Positions 61,334 through 63,783 of a DNA stretch of 63,783 nt are shown here, piece by piece. The DNA is from an uncultured Alphaproteobacteria bacterium (GTDB lineage Bacteria > Pseudomonadota > Alphaproteobacteria > UBA8366 > JADFVY01): contig CAMYNJ010000083.1 of the NCBI GenBank assembly GCA_947259795.1, forward strand, positions 1 to 63,783. Reading direction: 5' to 3'. Made by a program: the position numbers and the translations under genes. The notes beneath the pieces were generated by a model. It made no database searches. It saw nothing but the letters and a program-made list of their open reading frames with translations, and was not told where the DNA came from. Within the stretch, counting starts at the first letter, position 1; each line of letters starts with the position of its first letter.

Positions 61334-62530
61334 ATGCCGAATCCCAAATCGGCAATTGTGTCCGTGCTGCTGACGCTGGCTGTGGCGATGGGACCGATGT
61401 CGACGGATTTCTATCTGCCGTCGCTACCCTCGCTGGTCGAGTATTTCGCAACCGATGTGGCGTCGGTGCAGTTGACCCTCAGCGTCTTCCTGGCGGGGTT
61501 CGCGGTCGGGCAGCTGGTCTACGGACCCTTGTCGGACCGGTTCGGGCGCCGGCCCGTGATGCTGGCCGGAGTCGCGATCTTCACCCTGGCCTCCGTCGCC
61601 TGCATGCTGGCAACCAGCATCGAGATGTTGATTGCCGCGCGCCTGGTGCAGGCCATTGGCGCCTGCGCCGGGCCGGTGCTGGGCCGCGCGGTGGTGCGCG
61701 ACGTTTACGGCCGAGAGGGGGCGGCGCGCATGCTGGCCCTGATCGGCGCGGCCATGGCGCTGGCGCCGCTGATCGGCCCCATCGTCGCCGGCTACTTGAC
61801 GGTCTGGTTCGGCTGGCGGTCGAATTTCCTGGTGCTGACGCTCTACGGCGCGCTGATCCTGGTCGGCATTATGGCGGCCCTGGCCGAAACCAACCCGCAT
61901 CGCGGCGAGGCCACAAGCCTCGGCCAGATGCTGCGAAATTACCGCACCTTCCTGAAAAGCCGCGCGTGGCTGGGCTATGTGCTGTGCAACAGCGCCACCT
62001 ATGCCGGGCTGTTCGCTTTCATTTCCGGCTCGTCCTTCGTGTTCATCAAGGTGCTGGGGCTGCCGCCACATCTCTATGGCCTCTGCTTCGCGGCCGCGGT
62101 CACCGGCTATATCGCCGGGACAATCTTTTCCGCCCGCACGGTGATGCGGCTGGGGATCGAGCGCATGGTGCTGAGCGGCGCCGCGATCTGCGCGCTCGCC
62201 GGCCTGACGATGGCCGGGCTGGCGCTGGCGGGGATCGAAACCGTCTGGTCGGTACTGGGCCCGATGATGCTGTTCTGCGCCGGCGTCGGGCTGGTCATGC
62301 CCAATTCCATAGCCGGCGCGATCGGCCCCTTTCCGACCATGGCGGGCGCCGCCTCGGCCCTACTCGGTTTCACTCAGATGACCATCGCCGCGGCCGTCGG
62401 CATCGCCGTCGGCGCCGCCTTCGACGGCACCGCGCGGCCCATGGCGGTGATAATCGCGTTTATGGGCATGGCAGCGCTGGCGGCCCACCTCATGCTTGTC
62501 CGCGGCAGCGAGGCTGGCGAGGCGGAATAG
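61334..62530 (+). CDS. Bcr/CflA-family MFS efflux transporter (second copy)
   Basis: STDFYLPSLP, QLVYGPLSDRFGRRPV, RAVVRD, AGAASA. Confidence 0.9.
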   Translation: MPNPKSAIVSVLLTLAVAMGPMSTDFYLPSLPSLVEYFATDVASVQLTLSVFLAGFAVGQLVYGPLSDRFGRRPVMLAGVAIFTLASVACMLATSIEMLIAARLVQAIGACAGPVLGRAVVRDVYGREGAARMLALIGAAMALAPLIGPIVAGYLTVWFGWRSNFLVLTLYGALILVGIMAALAETNPHRGEATSLGQMLRNYRTFLKSRAWLGYVLCNSATYAGLFAFISGSSFVFIKVLGLPPHLYGLCFAAAVTGYIAGTIFSARTVMRLGIERMVLSGAAICALAGLTMAGLALAGIETVWSVLGPMMLFCAGVGLVMPNSIAGAIGPFPTMAGAASALLGFTQMTIAAAVGIAVGAAFDGTARPMAVIIAFMGMAALAAHLMLVRGSEAGEAE

Positions 62531-62534
62531 AGCG

Positions 62535-63782
62535 CTAATTGGAAAGTGGGGCCGCCAACCCCGGCAGTGGATTCGGCGGCACGCCGTCCAGCGCCGGCTT
62601 CATGAAGTCGCGCCAGGCCCGGGCGGGGAATGAGCCGCCGCCGACTCTGTCCATCGGGCTGTTATCGTCATTGCCGAACCAGACGCCGGTCACGAGGTCG
62701 GGCGTATAGCCGATGAACCAGGCGTCGCGGCTGTCCTGGCTGGTGCCAGTCTTACCGGCGGCGGGGCGGGCCAGCCTGGCCGCCCTGCCGGTGCCCCAGG
62801 CCATGGCGGCGGTCAGCACATCGTTGACGGTGGCGACGTGTTCGGCCTGCACGACACGTCCCGGCCCGCCGCCGCTCCGCCGGAACAGGATCCGGCCTTC
62901 GCCATCCATGACTTCCGTAATGCCGTGGGGCCAGGCGCCGATGCCGTTATTCGCCATCACTGCATAGGCGGCGGTCAACTCCAGCAGCGTCACCTCATAG
63001 GCCCCCAGCGCCAACGCCGGGTCCGTACCGATTTCAGCGGTGATGCCGAGGCGCCGCGCGGTGGCGGTCACCTTCTCGCGGCCCACCCGTTCGGCCATGG
63101 AGGCCGCCACCGAATTGATCGAGCGCGCCACCGCCTCACGGATCGAGACCGCGCCACGATAGTCGCCGCCGGCATTACGCGGGGTCCAGCCGTCGATGGT
63201 GACCGGCGCATCCTCGACGATGTCGCCGGGGCGAAAGCCCGCCTCGAAGGCGGCCAGATAGACGAACAGCTTAAAGGCCGAACCGGGCTGGCGAAGCGCC
63301 TGGGTGACCCGATTGAACTGGCTATCGCCATAGCTGGCGCCGCCGACCATCGCGGCGATCGCCCCGTCGGGCCGCATCGCCACCATCGCGGCCTGGCTTG
63401 CCTTGCGTTCCGCAGCCGCGGCGAGGTTGTTACGCACCGCGCTTTCCGCCAACCGCTGCAGGCGCGGGTCGATCGTCGTGCGGACGATCAGATCGCCGCC
63501 ATCATGGCTGATATAGTCCTGCGCGCGGTCCAGCGCCCAGTCGGCGAAATAGCGGGACTGGCCGCCCATCCTGTCGCTGCGCAGGACGGCGCGGCCCGAC
63601 TTCGCGGCGGCGGCCTGCGCCTCGGTCAGCCAGCCCGCCTCGACCATGCTTTGCAACACTTGCGCCGCACGGCCGTCGGCGAGCGCCGGGTCGGACATGG
63701 GGTTGTAGCGCGACGGCGCCTTCAGGAGCCCGGCCAGCATCGCCGCCTCGTAGGCCGTGACCTGTTTCGCCGGTTTGTTGAA
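62535..63782 (-). CDS. Class A penicillin-binding protein (PBP1A family), 3' part
   Basis: LAGLLKAPS, RQPGSAFK (SxxK), SIN, GKTGTSQ, DAWF; frame continues past the window edge. Confidence 0.93.
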   Translation of the reverse strand, partial: FNKPAKQVTAYEAAMLAGLLKAPSRYNPMSDPALADGRAAQVLQSMVEAGWLTEAQAAAAKSGRAVLRSDRMGGQSRYFADWALDRAQDYISHDGGDLIVRTTIDPRLQRLAESAVRNNLAAAAERKASQAAMVAMRPDGAIAAMVGGASYGDSQFNRVTQALRQPGSAFKLFVYLAAFEAGFRPGDIVEDAPVTIDGWTPRNAGGDYRGAVSIREAVARSINSVAASMAERVGREKVTATARRLGITAEIGTDPALALGAYEVTLLELTAAYAVMANNGIGAWPHGITEVMDGEGRILFRRSGGGPGRVVQAEHVATVNDVLTAAMAWGTGRAARLARPAAGKTGTSQDSRDAWFIGYTPDLVTGVWFGNDDNSPMDRVGGGSFPARAWRDFMKPALDGVPPNPLPGLAAPLSN

Positions 63783-63783
63783 A

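Overview
GC-rich alphaproteobacterial chromosome, most like Rhodospirillales and probably marine because it carries a dddP-type DMSP lyase. The backbone is housekeeping: ubiB-coaBC-dut-Rrf2-cysK-moeB, ispH-thrB-rnhA-pip, the Fo ATP synthase operon, dciA-dsbA-smc, mutY, ccrM-rnhB, moaB, UDG, ETF-QO-TPR-ispE, tRNA-Gln and a class A PBP. Accessory genes are scattered through it: an ArsR-SRPBCC-DUF899 operon, dddP, an M28 peptidase, an RND pump, a kinase-fold gene divergent from a TIGR04283/TIGR04282 transferase pair, two orphan PAS histidine kinases flanking the tRNA, an ECF sigma/anti-sigma pair and tandem Bcr/CflA transporters. I saw no CRISPR array, IS/transposase, prophage or rRNA. The most notable observations are: (1) rnhA is broken by a loss of about 73 nt that leaves a TGATG stop/start junction; (2) a perfect CtrA box upstream of the RND pump has the same 7-nt spacer as the box in the ccrM promoter; (3) a perfect alphaproteobacterial LexA box precedes a PA0069-type radical SAM gene; (4) the kinase + NTP-transferase-fold + glycosyltransferase trio is a candidate activate-and-transfer pathway; (5) a 26-bp perfect palindrome covers the ArsR start codon. 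All product calls come from my own motif recognition; no database searches were run.
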